A DNA stretch of 64,000 bases from the human T2T-CHM13v2.0 reference genome, Homo sapiens. Both the position numbers and the translations under genes were made by a program. The notes beneath the pieces are model-generated. The model was not told the DNA's origin and ran no database searches. It saw only the letters and a list, made by a program, of their open reading frames with translations. Where the stretch lies: assembly GCF_009914755.1 (NCBI RefSeq), contig NC_060935.1; one strand, written 5' to 3'. This document shows positions 36,853 to 49,724 of this stretch, one piece after another (position 1 is the stretch's first letter; each line of letters begins with the position of its first letter).

Positions 36853-37150
36853 TTTTTTTTTTTTTTTTTTTGAGACAGAGTCTTGCTTTGTCGCCTGGTT
36901 GGAGTGCAGTGGCGTGGTCTCGGCTCACTGAAACCTCCGCCTCCTGGGTTCAAGTGATTCTTCTGCCTCAGCTTCTAGAGTAGCTGGGACTACAGGTGTG
37001 TGCCACCACGCCCAGCTAATTTTTGTATTTTTAGTAGATACAGGGTTTCACCATGTTGGCCCAGATGGTCTCTATCTTGTGACCTTGTGATCTGCCCGCC
37101 TTGGCCTCCCAAAGTGCTGGGATTACAGATGTGAGCCACCGTGCCCGGCT
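36853..37150 (-). mobile_element. AluS (Sc-like)
   Basis: agatggtctctatcttgtgaccttgtgatc and a T tail. Confidence 0.92.
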
Positions 37151-37369
37151 ACAGATATTGTTTTAAGTGGTTTAGAGCTCAGCTTCAGGAGGAGGCTAAG
37201 TAGTAAGAAGCCCAGAAGTTAAATAATGCATTGCTATTGTTTATCAGTTGAAAATTCATTATTTTGAGATTTTTATAAACTGGTCGTTTTTATAGGATGA
37301 AAGAGACTTACATAATAGAGATTCTCAACCTAAAAATAAATTGTGAGTATTGCAATATAATATTGTTGT

Positions 37370-37570
37370 TAAAGTTATGGATTTTGTAGTTAGAGAAACC
37401 ACAGTATGATTCTGGCTCTGCTACTGCCTTGCCCTGTAAGTCTGGGCAAGTTGCTTAGACTTGCTCAGCCACAGTTTATTTAAAAGTGAGGACAGCCACA
37501 AGGTTGTTTCAAGTTTTAAGTGAGATAATGGCATATAGTAAGCCCTTAATAGATGTTAGCTATTATTAGT
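37370..37570 (+). mobile_element. MIR
   Basis: tctggctctgctact...ctgggcaagttgctt...aagtgagataatg...tgttagctattatta. Confidence 0.7.
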
Positions 37571-38087
37571 AGTGTTCATAGATTCTATAACCAAAATTTC
37601 AAATTTATAATGGAACAAGTGATATTTATAGGTTAAATCATTCTACAGATATTTATTAAACAATGATTATGTGCTGCGTACTCACTGTGCTAGATGCTAT
37701 AATCAAAGTAGGAACAAATCAGACCTCGACCTCCTGGAGACTGAAGGTGCATAATTTGCATCTGATTTATATTAATAATTGATGAATTAGTAAACAGTTC
37801 CTGTACTGACATATGTGCTGCCAGCCTAATGGGTTACTTAGTTATCCTCATTGACCATCAGCATACCAAAAAGACTAGGATAGTTTAAAATTGTTTTTCT
37901 TCAAAATCAAGTTTAATGGGGTTCTTATTTAATATTTCAAAGTACATAATATATTCACATGGTTCAAAATGCAAAAAGTGGAAACAGTCATAAGTTGACA
38001 ATTCTCTTTCGCATTGCTTAGTTCTCAACTTACCCCACAAAAGTAACCACTGTTCTCAGTGTGTATACATATTCTTTTGGAACATTA

Positions 38088-38322
38088 AAAAAATTGACAT
38101 CACAGTTGTACATATTTCTGTGGTACATGTGATATTTTAATACTTGTATACATTGTGTAACAATCAAATCAGGGTAATTGGGATATCCATCACCTCCAAC
38201 ATTTATCTTTTCTTTGTGTTGGGAACATTACAGTTCTTCTCTCTAGCTATTTTGAAATATACAATAAATTGTTCTTAACTGTAATTTTCCTGTTATCCTA
38301 TACTAGAACTTATTCCTTCTAG
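38088..38322 (-). mobile_element. L1MA-type 3' end
   Basis: caaatcagggtaattgggatatccatcacctc...ctagctattttgaaatatacaataaattgtt. Confidence 0.8.
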
Positions 38323-39329
38323 GATTTTTTTTTAGTTGTCTTGTGTTCAAGAATTAGCACAATTTATCATTGTGCTAGACTCTTTAATCACAGTAAAACA
38401 CTAGACTTGTGTATTTGCTTCCTAATAAACGAGCAGCGCTATTAATATAGAAAAAAGACCGTTGAATTAAAAATAGAAGTCTTTAAAAATTCTAGTAGTA
38501 CATTCATCATTGAAAGACTTTAATTATCATCTGATTTTCCTTTCTATGCCATTTGGAATTATAAATGGTAATTTTTTCTTTGTGTGGCACTACCAAAAAG
38601 TGCAATGTTTGGGAAAATAAGTTATTTCACATTGAACAGTAGTTAGACATTGTGCTCAGTTTAGATAGGATTACTTGAAGCTTGGTTTTGATTTGTCAGT
38701 TTCTTTAGCTTATACCTGCCATTTTGTAGTAACAGTCAATTCAGTATTATATTATTCTCAGATTTTATTATTTTATGCTATTTTTTACATGAACAATTAG
38801 TATTTAATGGTCCTTTGTAAAGTTTTTTCTCAAAATGTAGTGTTAATTTGTCTGCATGTTTAAAGTTTATTGGAAAAGTTATTTTGCCTATTCAGAGCGT
38901 AAAACTTTTAGTACATTTTGTTTTATAAGTATAGGATACCATGATGATCCCTGGGGAATCTGATTTTTTTTAACAGACAAGAGGTTCCCAGTTTTCATTT
39001 TTAAATCAAGTTGCTATGGGGCTAGCATCTTTGTTTGCTTAATTTTAATCACAATTACCATGACAAAACTTATTTATTTAGCTAATGCCTAACAGTGTCA
39101 AATGTATACTGCTGGAAACTGGACTAATTTCTATCTGACTAATAAAAATCCCAAATAAAAATGGTACATTTTTATTTTAAATGGAAAAAGATTAGTTTCT
39201 GAATATAAATTGAGTTTTTAAGTTTTTCTTTTTGGTTAATTAAAGTCTACTCTGATGCTTTTTTGTTAATTTTCTTTAATATCCATATCTCCTAAATTTA
39301 ATATGCAGTTCTAAAATAAAGACAAGTCA

Positions 39330-39447
39330 GCTGGGTGTGGTGGTTCATGCCTGTAATCCCAGCACTTTGGGAAACTGAGCCTGGCAGATCGCTTGAGCCC
39401 AGGAGTTTAAGACCAGTTTGGGCAACATGGTGAGACCCTGTCTCTAC
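39330..39447 (+). mobile_element. FLAM_C / Alu left monomer lacking its tail
   Basis: gctgggtgtggtggttcatgcctgtaatcccagcac...gagaccctgtctctac. Confidence 0.88.
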
Positions 39448-39457
39448 GGATTTTATA

Positions 39458-39570
39458 CTTTTTTTTTTTTTGAAATGGGATCTCACTGTATTGCCCAGGC
39501 TGGTTTTGAACTCCTGGGCTCAAATACTCCTCCTGCCTGGTACTACAGGCATTCACCACCCCACCCAGCT
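39458..39570 (-). mobile_element. FLAM-like monomer with internal deletion
   Basis: T14-gaaatgggatctcactgtattgcccaggctgg...cccagct. Confidence 0.85.
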
Positions 39571-39759
39571 GATTTTGTACTTCTTGACAGGAAAAGAAAA
39601 ATGAACAAGAAATTCCTTAATGCATATTTTAAGTGCTGCTTTAAAATTTTATCAGTACAGCTTTAGAACATCACGCTAGATAATAGTGTTGTACTGTTAT
39701 TTCCTTTTTAATTTATTAAGAAAAAGGAAGATGCAGGGGAATGAATCTTTATTGAACTT

Positions 39760-41050
39760 TCCTGGCCTGTTCAAGGAATAGTAAATAAACCAACTTAGCT
39801 GGAGGGGAGTGGAGAGGGCCTTGTAGGCCATTGTTAAAACCTTAGGCTTTTACTCAGGTTGAGATGACAAGTCACTGGAGAGTGTTGAACAAAGAAGTGA
39901 CATTATGTGACTTAAGCTTTAAGAGGGTTGCTTTGCTCTGTTGAGAATAGATTCTACCTGGGCAAGAAAGGAAGCAAAGAATATTTAGGAGGCTTTGGTA
40001 ATGATTTGGGCAAGAGAGCATGATGGCTTAGGCTAGAGTGGGAGCAATGAAGATATGATAAATGTTTATATTCTGTACATATTATGAAAGTAGAGATAAC
40101 AGGATTTTCCAGTGTGATGTGTGAGAAAGAGGGGAGTTATATTTTTGGCCTAAGCCAAGGTAATGATGGGATTCCCACTAACTGAGATGAGGGAAGACTA
40201 TGGGGAGGAAGGTCAGTTCAGTTTTGGACATGTTAAGTTCAAGGTATCTATTAGACAGCCAACTGGAGATGTTGAGTAGGCTATTGGATATATAATTCTT
40301 CAGCTCAGAGAAGAAGATACATATACATTTGTGAGTCATTAGCTTATTGAAGGTATTTACACCCACAAAGCTAAGTGAAATAGAAAAGAGAAGAGGTCCA
40401 AGGGCAGTGGGGGTCACAGCAATGTTAAAACATCAAAATGGTAAGTAAGACTCAGAGAGGAGACTGAGAAATAGTGTCCAGTGAATTAGAAAGAAATCTG
40501 GAGAATGTAATACTCCAGAAGCCAAGTGAGAAAAATAATTTCAGGGAGGAAAGAGTGTTAGATTGTGTCAAATGATGATGGATCAGAAGTATGAAGAGTG
40601 AGACTTGACCATTGGTTTTAACAACATTAGAGACCTCATCAAGAACAGATTTAATGAAAAAGTGCCAAAACCTGATTAGAGTCAACTTACCAGAGAATGA
40701 AAGGAGAAGAACTAGAAACAACCAATAAAGACAACTCTTTTGAAGAATTTTACAGAGAAATGAGATAGTGGCCGGGTGAAAGTATGATCATGATAAAGGG
40801 GTGTGTGTGTGTAATGAATGTGAGATGTGAGAAACTGCAGCATGTTTATAATCTAATTGGAATGATTTAGTAGAGAAAAAATGATGATGAGAGAGAGAAT
40901 TGCTGCTGAAATATCTTCAGGTAGGGAAGAGGGAATCGAATCTACTACATTTATGGAAAAGTAGCTGTAGGCTGGAGCACAGACAGTTCATCTGTTGTGA
41001 CAGAATGAAATGCCAGGTATATGGATACAGATATTAGAAGGTAATATGAT
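39760..41050 (-). mobile_element. L2 LINE fragment
   Basis: ggccttgtaggccatt, gttcagttttggacatgttaagttcaagg, agaagccaagtga, ttgaccattgg. Confidence 0.8.
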
Positions 41051-41234
41051 GATTTGATAAATAAAAACAAGGTCTAGGTAGATACTTTCCATTTTTGAAA
41101 GAAATGTGTTATAAAAATTATTACCATTTTAGCATAGTGGAAAGGAATGAAATTGGAGGGAGATAAACCTGGGTTTAGATTTTAGCTCTGCCAATTACTA
41201 GCTGACATGTGGCAGAACTTAGTTACAATGCCCC

Positions 41235-41732
41235 TGTATTATTTAGGGACCCAGCAAGAAATAAAATTCACTAAAAAGTGGTTCAAATAAAAACACTTTA
41301 ATGAAGAGTCTACTTTGAGAGAATGAACAGAGTTAAGGAATGGGCAAGATATGGTAAGGCAACTAGAAACTAGCAATTATGGAAAGCTGTTACCTCACCT
41401 GGGGCTGAAGAGGCAAGAGTGGACATGGTGTTTTTAGTTTAGTGATTGCCAAAGGTATGAAGGAAGGACCAGCTAGTAAGAGCTATAGTTGTGGAGGAAC
41501 ACAGCTGTTGCCAGAGACAATGGTACATAGGTAAGGAAGCAGCAGAGAAGAAATAACCTTGATCTCTCTCTACTCCTCAACTCTATTTTTCTGCTATTGA
41601 CCTCCATTGGCTAAATGTAAGCAGAAACCAGCTGCAAGGCTTCTTAGGTGTTGCAGAATATAGGGTTCACTCTCCCTAGGGTCCAGAGAAGGGCAAAAGA
41701 TGGATGTGGAGACAAATGCTGAGTAATCAGTA
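41235..41732 (-). mobile_element. Ancient MaLR/ERVL LTR inserted in a MIR (41130-41210 and 41735-41850)
   Basis: tgtattatttagggacccagcaagaaa...; the MIR resumes at ctaagcctcaacttctccatatataaaatgagg. Confidence 0.55.
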
Positions 41733-41864
41733 GAATCACTAAGCCTCAACTTCTCCATATATAAAATGAGGCTACCGCAAAGTTGCTGTGATGTTACATG
41801 TACTGCCAAGCACTGCTACATTGCTAGCATATAGTACTGTTTATTAAATGACAAATATAAGATG

Positions 41865-42080
41865 CTACAGCATAATGGTTGGTCCTTAAAGCTTTGGAAT
41901 TAGGCAGATCTAGATTTAAGTTCTGTCCGTCACTTACTAATCATGAGATTTTGGGAAGTCTTTGTTTTGTCATCTGTAAAATGGGGAAATAAGGCTTACC
42001 ACAGAGAATTCTAATAAAGATGAAAAGGGACAGTGTATATTAAGTGCCTAATATAGTGCTGGTACACAGCATGCAGTTTA
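41865..42080 (+). mobile_element. MIR
   Basis: tcatctgtaaaatgggga core; aagtgcctaatatagtgctggtacacag. Confidence 0.75.
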
Positions 42081-45000
42081 AGTTACCATGACCATCATAA
42101 TATTATATGACTAGAAAGAATAGTAAATGACATCAGTTTCCAAGTAATACTAGTCTCCTACCCCTCCCCCTCCCCCCACACTTTTTTTTTCTGCTTCTCA
42201 GTTTTTCTGAATAGGGTTATTTCTTTGTTACATAGGGTTCAAGGTTAATATCTTTGCACTTTAAACAATTAGGAAATATAGCTTTAGTTAGTTTAACTTT
42301 TTGGCTATTCATTTATTTTGTTTTTGATTTATGTTCGCTAAACACACACAAAGAGTTAAGTGGATTTTTTTATTAGGCCTAAGTTGGAAGGCATAGAAAA
42401 AGTTGGAAACACTGAATTCAGTCAGTTTCATTAGCATAGATTTATATATGAAGCTCAAGTAAAATGTCATCAAGAAATGGGAGAATATAGGATGCTGTAA
42501 CAGTTAATTCAGAGCCGTACTATAATAAGTATTCTTTTTAAATTTCACATAAATATAACAGTTCTGTAAGCTTGATTTGAGGGCACATACATGTTTTTCT
42601 TTTTGGCTACATAGAGAACAATGAAATAAAGCCTCATTGACGTAATTGAACCTGATAACATCTCCTGGTTGTACTGCTGATGTTTCACTGTGGTTTTGGT
42701 GGTTTTGTAGAGCTCCGTAGAGCGTGTTAGACTTAAAAACATATTCAAACAGAAACTTTTATCAGGATTCAACTTTTTAACCATAAAGAAAAAATGAATG
42801 TAAATAAAGGTGCAGTCTTGGGTACACCTAGATCAACTTAAAAATGTTTAATAGTATATATTACTTAGAGAAATTACTGTTCCTTAATTAGTTTTGAACA
42901 AATAACCACAGTATGAAAAGAAATAATAATTTCTGGTATTGTATTATATATTAGCACAGAAGGAAAGAGGTAAATATAATAATGGAAGCTCCTAAAAACA
43001 GCAAGTTAAAATTTTATGCTTTCATTAAATGATGTCTTATAGTTTGATAGAACTACATGTTTAAAACATACCATAGCACTATAACTTTTTGTTTTAAACT
43101 GGGATTAAAAATTTAATTTTATTTATTTTATATATATATTTATAAAATTCTTATATTTAAGTTATTTACAAGATCTACTTTGGTATTGGGTTTAGATGCC
43201 TAAAACTTTGCTGACTTGGAAACAATGTGTATCAGAGCATTTACTGTCTACTTGGAAGTAAAATTTTAAAAGAGCTACATTTTATTATATAGGAGGAATG
43301 AGTGCTTGAACCAGTATTTCTTAAAAGTTTTAATATACATGTACCGCCAACTATGCATTCCGTATGCGTGGTAGCTACCCACCAACTTAAGGTAAATGTA
43401 TAAAAAAGAATTAATCACAATTTTTGAAAACTAAAAAATTAAAATATTTTATATCAGTGTATATTTACAATATTAAAGGTATCTCTGTTTAGCTCAATGT
43501 TGAGTAAATAGGCTGCTTGTTGTAGGTTCATTGTATATCGTCATATTCTTTTCTCATCTCTATTTCTCTTAACTTGGAAAAATCCAACCAAAATTATAAT
43601 TTATGAGGACAGTCAGCAGGGGTTTTTTGGCTGTTGGTTCTGAATACTCAGGTTAAACATGGACTCCAGAATTAAGAGATTGCTCACTGAAGACTCTTTC
43701 AAGGCTGAGTCACTTGCTAAGTTGATGGACATTATCATACTTGAAAGTTTAAGAAATAGAGGCTTTTGCATTTTATTGAAAAAAGCTCTTTTTGCTCTTT
43801 ATATTTTATATTTACTTTTAAATATTTTATTTGCTCAGTTTTTCCAAAGCACACTGAAAAGATGTATACTCTGTATCCAAAAATTGAGTGCATTTACATT
43901 TATGCTATTTCTTTAACATTGAACTCAGCATAATGTATTTTAACCACCAGCCTCTTTCTGTGAAAACAAACAAACAAACAAAAAAAAAACAGGGTATATA
44001 GATTTGCAGTTAGTGTAGTACTCATTGCTTAGCAAGGCTTTTTCTTGATGTGCAGACAACTGATTTTTTCTCTCAGGACTGATTTCATCACATATTTCCC
44101 AGTCTATATCATAGTTTACAAAACAAATATTAAGTAGGAAAAAAAATCATGTTTTGTAGTATGAATTTTTCAGAGGTAAACACAAAAACTTGTCTGCTAT
44201 TCTTCCTCAAGTGTATTACACATATACCAAGAGCTGATTTGGCTTTGCACTTCAGTGCATTTATCAAGCAGTAAAGTAAAATATCTGGTTTTTCTTTCAG
44301 CATAATATTTATCGTTTGTGTGGCTGAGAGTTTTATAAATCTCTCAGCAATAGTCTATCTTTTTTATATGCTTTTGCTAGGAGGAGCACAGAATCTGAAT
44401 GGTGCCTGTGTAGTTTTTGTCTCTTTTAGGAACAAAAATCTTCAGTTTCATATATGAAAGCATTTTGTGCTTGTTCTAGAAAGATTCTGTTCATTTACCA
44501 AAGAGGTTTTTATGTTTTGTTTGAAAACTTTCCATAGCTTCATGTCATTATTTGATAAAGTTTCAAAGTAGACAACATCCAGAAGAATATAGGGTAAATG
44601 AATTACCAGTCAGAAAGAAATCCAGCTTTTAGATAGTTGCTATTGTATGTGCTAGTAAAATTTTTGTTTTTATCTCTTTGTGTGGTATTATCACATGCAC
44701 AGATTTATATTGTTTGCATTGAAGTCCTATTCTTGATTTAGGTTCAACATTTATTCCGAGCTATTTATGTTACCTTATTTTTATCAATATCTTAGGCTTT
44801 AAAAACCAATTTTGAGCCATTTATTTATTGATTGGGGAGTATAATGCAACACAATGAAAATAATGCAAATTTAAAAGATATAAATAATATTCAAATGATG
44901 TGAAAATACTTCAGGTAAGATGATTTGTTCTCTTTTAGAATAATGCAGGTCTTAGAGAACCTTTTCAGCTTTTAAGAATATAAGTTTTTAAGATAATAAT

Positions 45001-45499
45001 GAGATTTCTGCGGAAATCAAAATTAACCTTATAGTTCACAATTATGAAATATATGCAAACTAAGTTGTTTCCTTTTTCCCTCTAAATATTCTGGGACAAT
45101 GAGGAACAACTAGTGATTGACAGATCATAATTTGATAAATAATGGCTAATATTCTATTACAATTTCCTAGTTTAAAATTTTATGTTTTTAAAAATATCAT
45201 ATATATATTTTTTTCGTGTATACATATATGTAATCTAATATTACGGAGACACTTAGCAGTATTTTCATTAAGTATTTGCTCTTTGCATATTTCTCACTTT
45301 ATTCTGTCATTAGTTCTCCCACTGTTCAGGATCATTCCTATCAAGTACAAGCATGCTTTAGAACCTACCATGTTAAAAAAAAAAGTATTATTCCCACATT
45401 TTTTTCTGATGATTGCTTCATTTCATTCTTGCCTTTACAGCACAGTTTTTCAAAAGAGTTTTCTCTAGTCACTTTGTCTACTTCCTTACCTTCCTAAAT

Positions 45500-46250
45500 T
45501 CATCTTAACTTTTACTAAAGCTGAACAAATATTTATGAAATATGTGTAAAGTACAGAGACTAAAGAAACAGACACCATCAACCCACCATTACTGGTGTTT
45601 TTGAACATTACCATTAACATTGAAGTTCCCTGTATGTCACTCCTGGATCTGGTTCACTTCTTTTTCTTTTAGAGATAATCACCATCCTGAATTTCTTTAC
45701 AGTTTACCATAAGTATTTCTAATAAGCATATCGCAATGTGTATTTCATGTTAAATGAGTGAAGGTATACTGTATGTATCTGTCTGTGACTTGTTTTTCTT
45801 GTTCAACATTATGTTTCTGAGATCCATCCATATACGATGTAGCTGTATGTACTTCATTCATTTTCACTCCTATACTCCATTGTATGAATACATCAAAATT
45901 TTTCTATTTTATTGTTGATGAACATTTGGGTTGTATCTAGTTTTTTGCTACCCTAAGCTGCACAGCTATGTGCATTCTTCCTGTCTCCTTCTGTCAAACT
46001 GTAGCAAAGGACCAAGCTTTTGGGTTTTTCCCTGATCTGTTGTGGATTGATGCTTTTGTAAAATACACTAAAAATGTCTCACCATTGTCAAATTGCTATA
46101 AAAATATATAAACCTTTACTCTGAATTTCTGTATTTATCTTATTATGGACCACACTTTGAATACTGCTCTAAGATGTGTACCTAGCTGTGGAATTCCTGG
46201 GTCATTCATCTTCTATTACTTATGGAGAAAATTGTTTTCTCAAAATCACT
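45500..46250 (-). mobile_element. L1ME-like 3' fragment
   Basis: ttcaacattatgtttctgagatccatccat...ttcattcattttcact...ttgatgaacatttgggttg. Confidence 0.7.
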
Positions 46251-46506
46251 AATGTGCTACTTGCTCAAATTACGCAGAAGGCAGTCTGCTAGCTCTTTGT
46301 GGCTTTCTGTGTATCTGCTTTCAATTCCTAATATGAAGGGGATTTCACAGTAAGACCTGCTGCTTTAGGGTAACATAGTTTTCATCCTAGAGAAAGTGAC
46401 TGCAAATAAGATTGGGCTTTGCTTAAGAATTGATTCAAAGCCAATCTAGCAAGCACAAGTGAGAGAAAACTATGATAATGGGATAAAGGGCCAGGAAGAG
46501 TGAATT

Positions 46507-46620
46507 TATTGAGGGAGATGGTCTGTAATATTGTAATACTACAATATTGTAATGTACAATATTGAGGGAGATGGTCTGCAATATTGTAAAAATATAATAT
46601 TGAAATATTGTAATACAAAA
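46507..46620. repeat. 30-bp direct repeat embedded in AATATTG(T) micro-repeats
   Basis: 46507-46536 vs 46560-46589 match at 29/30. Confidence 0.9.
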
Positions 46621-46901
46621 TGCTACAGTAGAGAGATCTAAAGAGAACAAGCAGAGAAAAAAGAAGCATTGTACATAGTAAGATTTTTAGAGACCTTTAA
46701 GAGTCCAGTTAAAATAGGGCATACATTCCTTCTCATATTAGCAGCCTTCCTTCTGCATAGGCAGCCTTTAATTGTCTAAATGCATTAGAGAACTTTCACA
46801 AAATATAAGCTAAGATGAGATTGCTCTTATAAGCAAGCAGCAGGACTACTTTTTATCAGTGTTTCTCCACCGTATTTTGATTACAACTCCGAATCCAGGG
46901 A

Positions 46902-46990
46902 TATATATATATATATATTTATATTGTATATACATATGTAAAATATATGTACATATATTAAATATTATATATACATATATTATATATATG
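46902..46990. repeat. Imperfect (TA)n
   Basis: Alternating AT run. Confidence 0.9.
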
Positions 46991-48171
46991 TTTCCATAAT
47001 CATCTCCCCCTTCATGTAATTTTCATACCAAAGATGTACAGTATATCTGTTTGTATACTGTAGCCTTTGGAGGGCTACGAACCATTTTAATTTTCAAGAT
47101 TTTTTTTTTTTTTTTGCCCCAAGAACCAGCTACCACTTGCTTGGAAGTGATAGCACCACTGTTGAGAGTATATCACATGAATACAAACATGGCTCTTGGC
47201 ATTAGAGTACAAATATTTAAAAAGGTAATGTTTATTTAATCATGTAGGTCAATGAAGTGGGGAAGGCAGACTACTCAATGTTAAGAAACCATCCTAATGA
47301 AAAGTATACTTGAGTTAGCCAGAAATCAACTTCTACTTAGAGTTGTGAGTCAGGGAAATAAGGTATACAAGTATTTGTCTCTGTTTGATGGTATTATTGT
47401 GGGAAAAGTGTAGAAATGTGGATCAGATGATAGTACAGTTAAAAAAGTTAGCAGACCAAGAATGCCAATTAGTTCATTGATGCCTATCTCATAGGTGATT
47501 TTTAGTGATATATCGTATGGCTCTGTTTTCACTCCTGTCTATTCTAGACATCTATTCGTGAACTTAAGAAAACATCAGATTTATAGATGTTATGATAATG
47601 GGAGGAATGGAGAATAGGGTAGTTGACATTCTCAATCTCCAAAGAAGCTGACAGGCTAAAATAAGGGCAGAAGTAAAGTATTGCAGTTGGGTCTAAAAAG
47701 CCATATTTATAAGAATAGCATGGAGGAAAATGGATCATAACAATATCATGTATAAAAGAAACTTAGGGATTTTAGGTTATGTTAATCTTAAGGAGCATTT
47801 TAGGAAGCTATTAACATCTTAATTTGCAATAATTAGTGTCTCTTGAATCTAGATTATATGCTGATTAAATCACAACCTGAAATAATTATATCAGGACCAC
47901 ATTTAGGACCATATAAAATACTGCTTAAATTTAATGAGTCTGTTATATATATGGTATACTTTGCATGCAGTTATATCAGAGCCATTTTGTGGGCACTGGT
48001 TCACAAGTCTTCTGAGTGATTGTACTGTGTCTGAATTTTCTTTGGGAAGAAATAGATTTTTCCTCAGTGGTAAGAAAGAAATTACGTTCTGCAAGGATAT
48101 TGATGAGGAGATGGTGATAATGATAATTGACAGTTTTTTGAGTGATTAAACATGGGTGTATTATGTAAAAT

Positions 48172-48350
48172 ATGAGTCAGCAAACTGTAGTCCACTGACC
48201 AAATGCTGCCAGCAGACTGTTTTTGTATCACCTTTGAGCTAATAATTTTTTTTGCATTTTAAAGGGTTATAAAACAAAAACAAAAAGCAAAGAATATGCC
48301 ATAGAGACCTTATGTAGCCAGCAAAGCACCAAATAAGATCTTTTGCAACC
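48172..48350. mobile_element. MER58B-like (hAT-Charlie)
   Basis: gtcagcaaact...ctgtttttgta...aagaatatgccatagagaccttatgtagccagcaaagc. Confidence 0.7.
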
Positions 48351-49240
48351 AGAAAACTTAAGCCTGAAGGACAAAAAACAACACAAATAGTTCAATATAT
48401 AGAAATTATGAGATTATATTACAGATTAACTGGGCTCATATTCAATACAGGTTCAAAGCTATGTACAAAATGGCTATTAGAATGAATTATTTAAGCAAAA
48501 GAAGACCTATTTAACTCAGTAAATGTCAAAGAAATTTAGGATTGATGATAGGTAGCAGTTATAGCTTCCTAAATTAAAGTTAATTTTATCTCCTTGGGCA
48601 TAGTGACTACTATATTGGGTTGGGAAGCAGCCAAAAAGCTTGTTAGGAAGAAGGGCAGGAAAAAAACTAGTCTGGGACTAAAGTTACCATTGATAAGCTA
48701 GGCTATCAAGGAGACAGACAGGAAAACAATCACTAATTATGTGCATATCAAAAGGGGTATGTGCTGCTTTTGATAAGTCTATTCTTTTATACTTAATCTA
48801 ACCCCAAGGACAACAAGCTTTTCAAAATGTTTTTGACAGAAGTACCTTATTGGTAGGAAAATAGCATCACCCATCACCCATGATGAGCCTTTGGAGATGG
48901 TGGGTAGGCAGAGAATATCTGATGATATGTAATTTTTCTTTTATTTTTTGTGACTTAATGTGATTATGGATTTATATTTTCCTTTTTGTGGTAGTATTTG
49001 AAGGTTAATATGGCTTGTTTTAGTTACTTTATTGTGATAATTCTTTATTCTTTTGATTTCTCAATTATAGATTATATTAATGAAATATTCTGTCGAGATA
49101 ATTTTTATTTTCACCATTCCAATATCTCTTCCAGATTTTGAGCTATATTAGATAATTATAATTGAAAATGCTGAATTTTGTCTTTACATATACTTTTTTG
49201 TTTATTTTTGGTTTGTAACCAAGTGAATTTTTTTTTCTAG

Positions 49241-49342
<102 letters not shown>

Positions 49343-49724
49343 TAAATAATATCTGTGATGCAACTTTTGACACTTAAAGTTACACTCACAATATTTCTGT
49401 GCCATAAGATTTTCTTTAACTAAACTAATAAGTTAACTAGAACCTTCATTGAGGTAGATTTTTTAAAAATATATTTTAATTATAAGGGAAAAAGAAAATG
49501 ATAAAAACAAAATTTATATAAATTGTTATGAAAAATATTGCTAATATAATCTGGGCTCAGAATCAACTAATATTTCTATATTAAGGATAAGATTTTTTTC
49601 TTTTCTGATGTGGACCACTGTTCTATAAAGGGGAAAAAATAGATGGAAGGCCATATCTGAGACAAAGCAAAGCAGTTGGCAACATATTTTATTAGGGAAG
49701 TAAAGATATCCAACTTTCATTTTT

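Noticed and set aside
44860-44920. Strong donor CAG|GTAAGA at ~44914
   Set aside because: No supportable upstream acceptor or start, and no PDE3-like translation.
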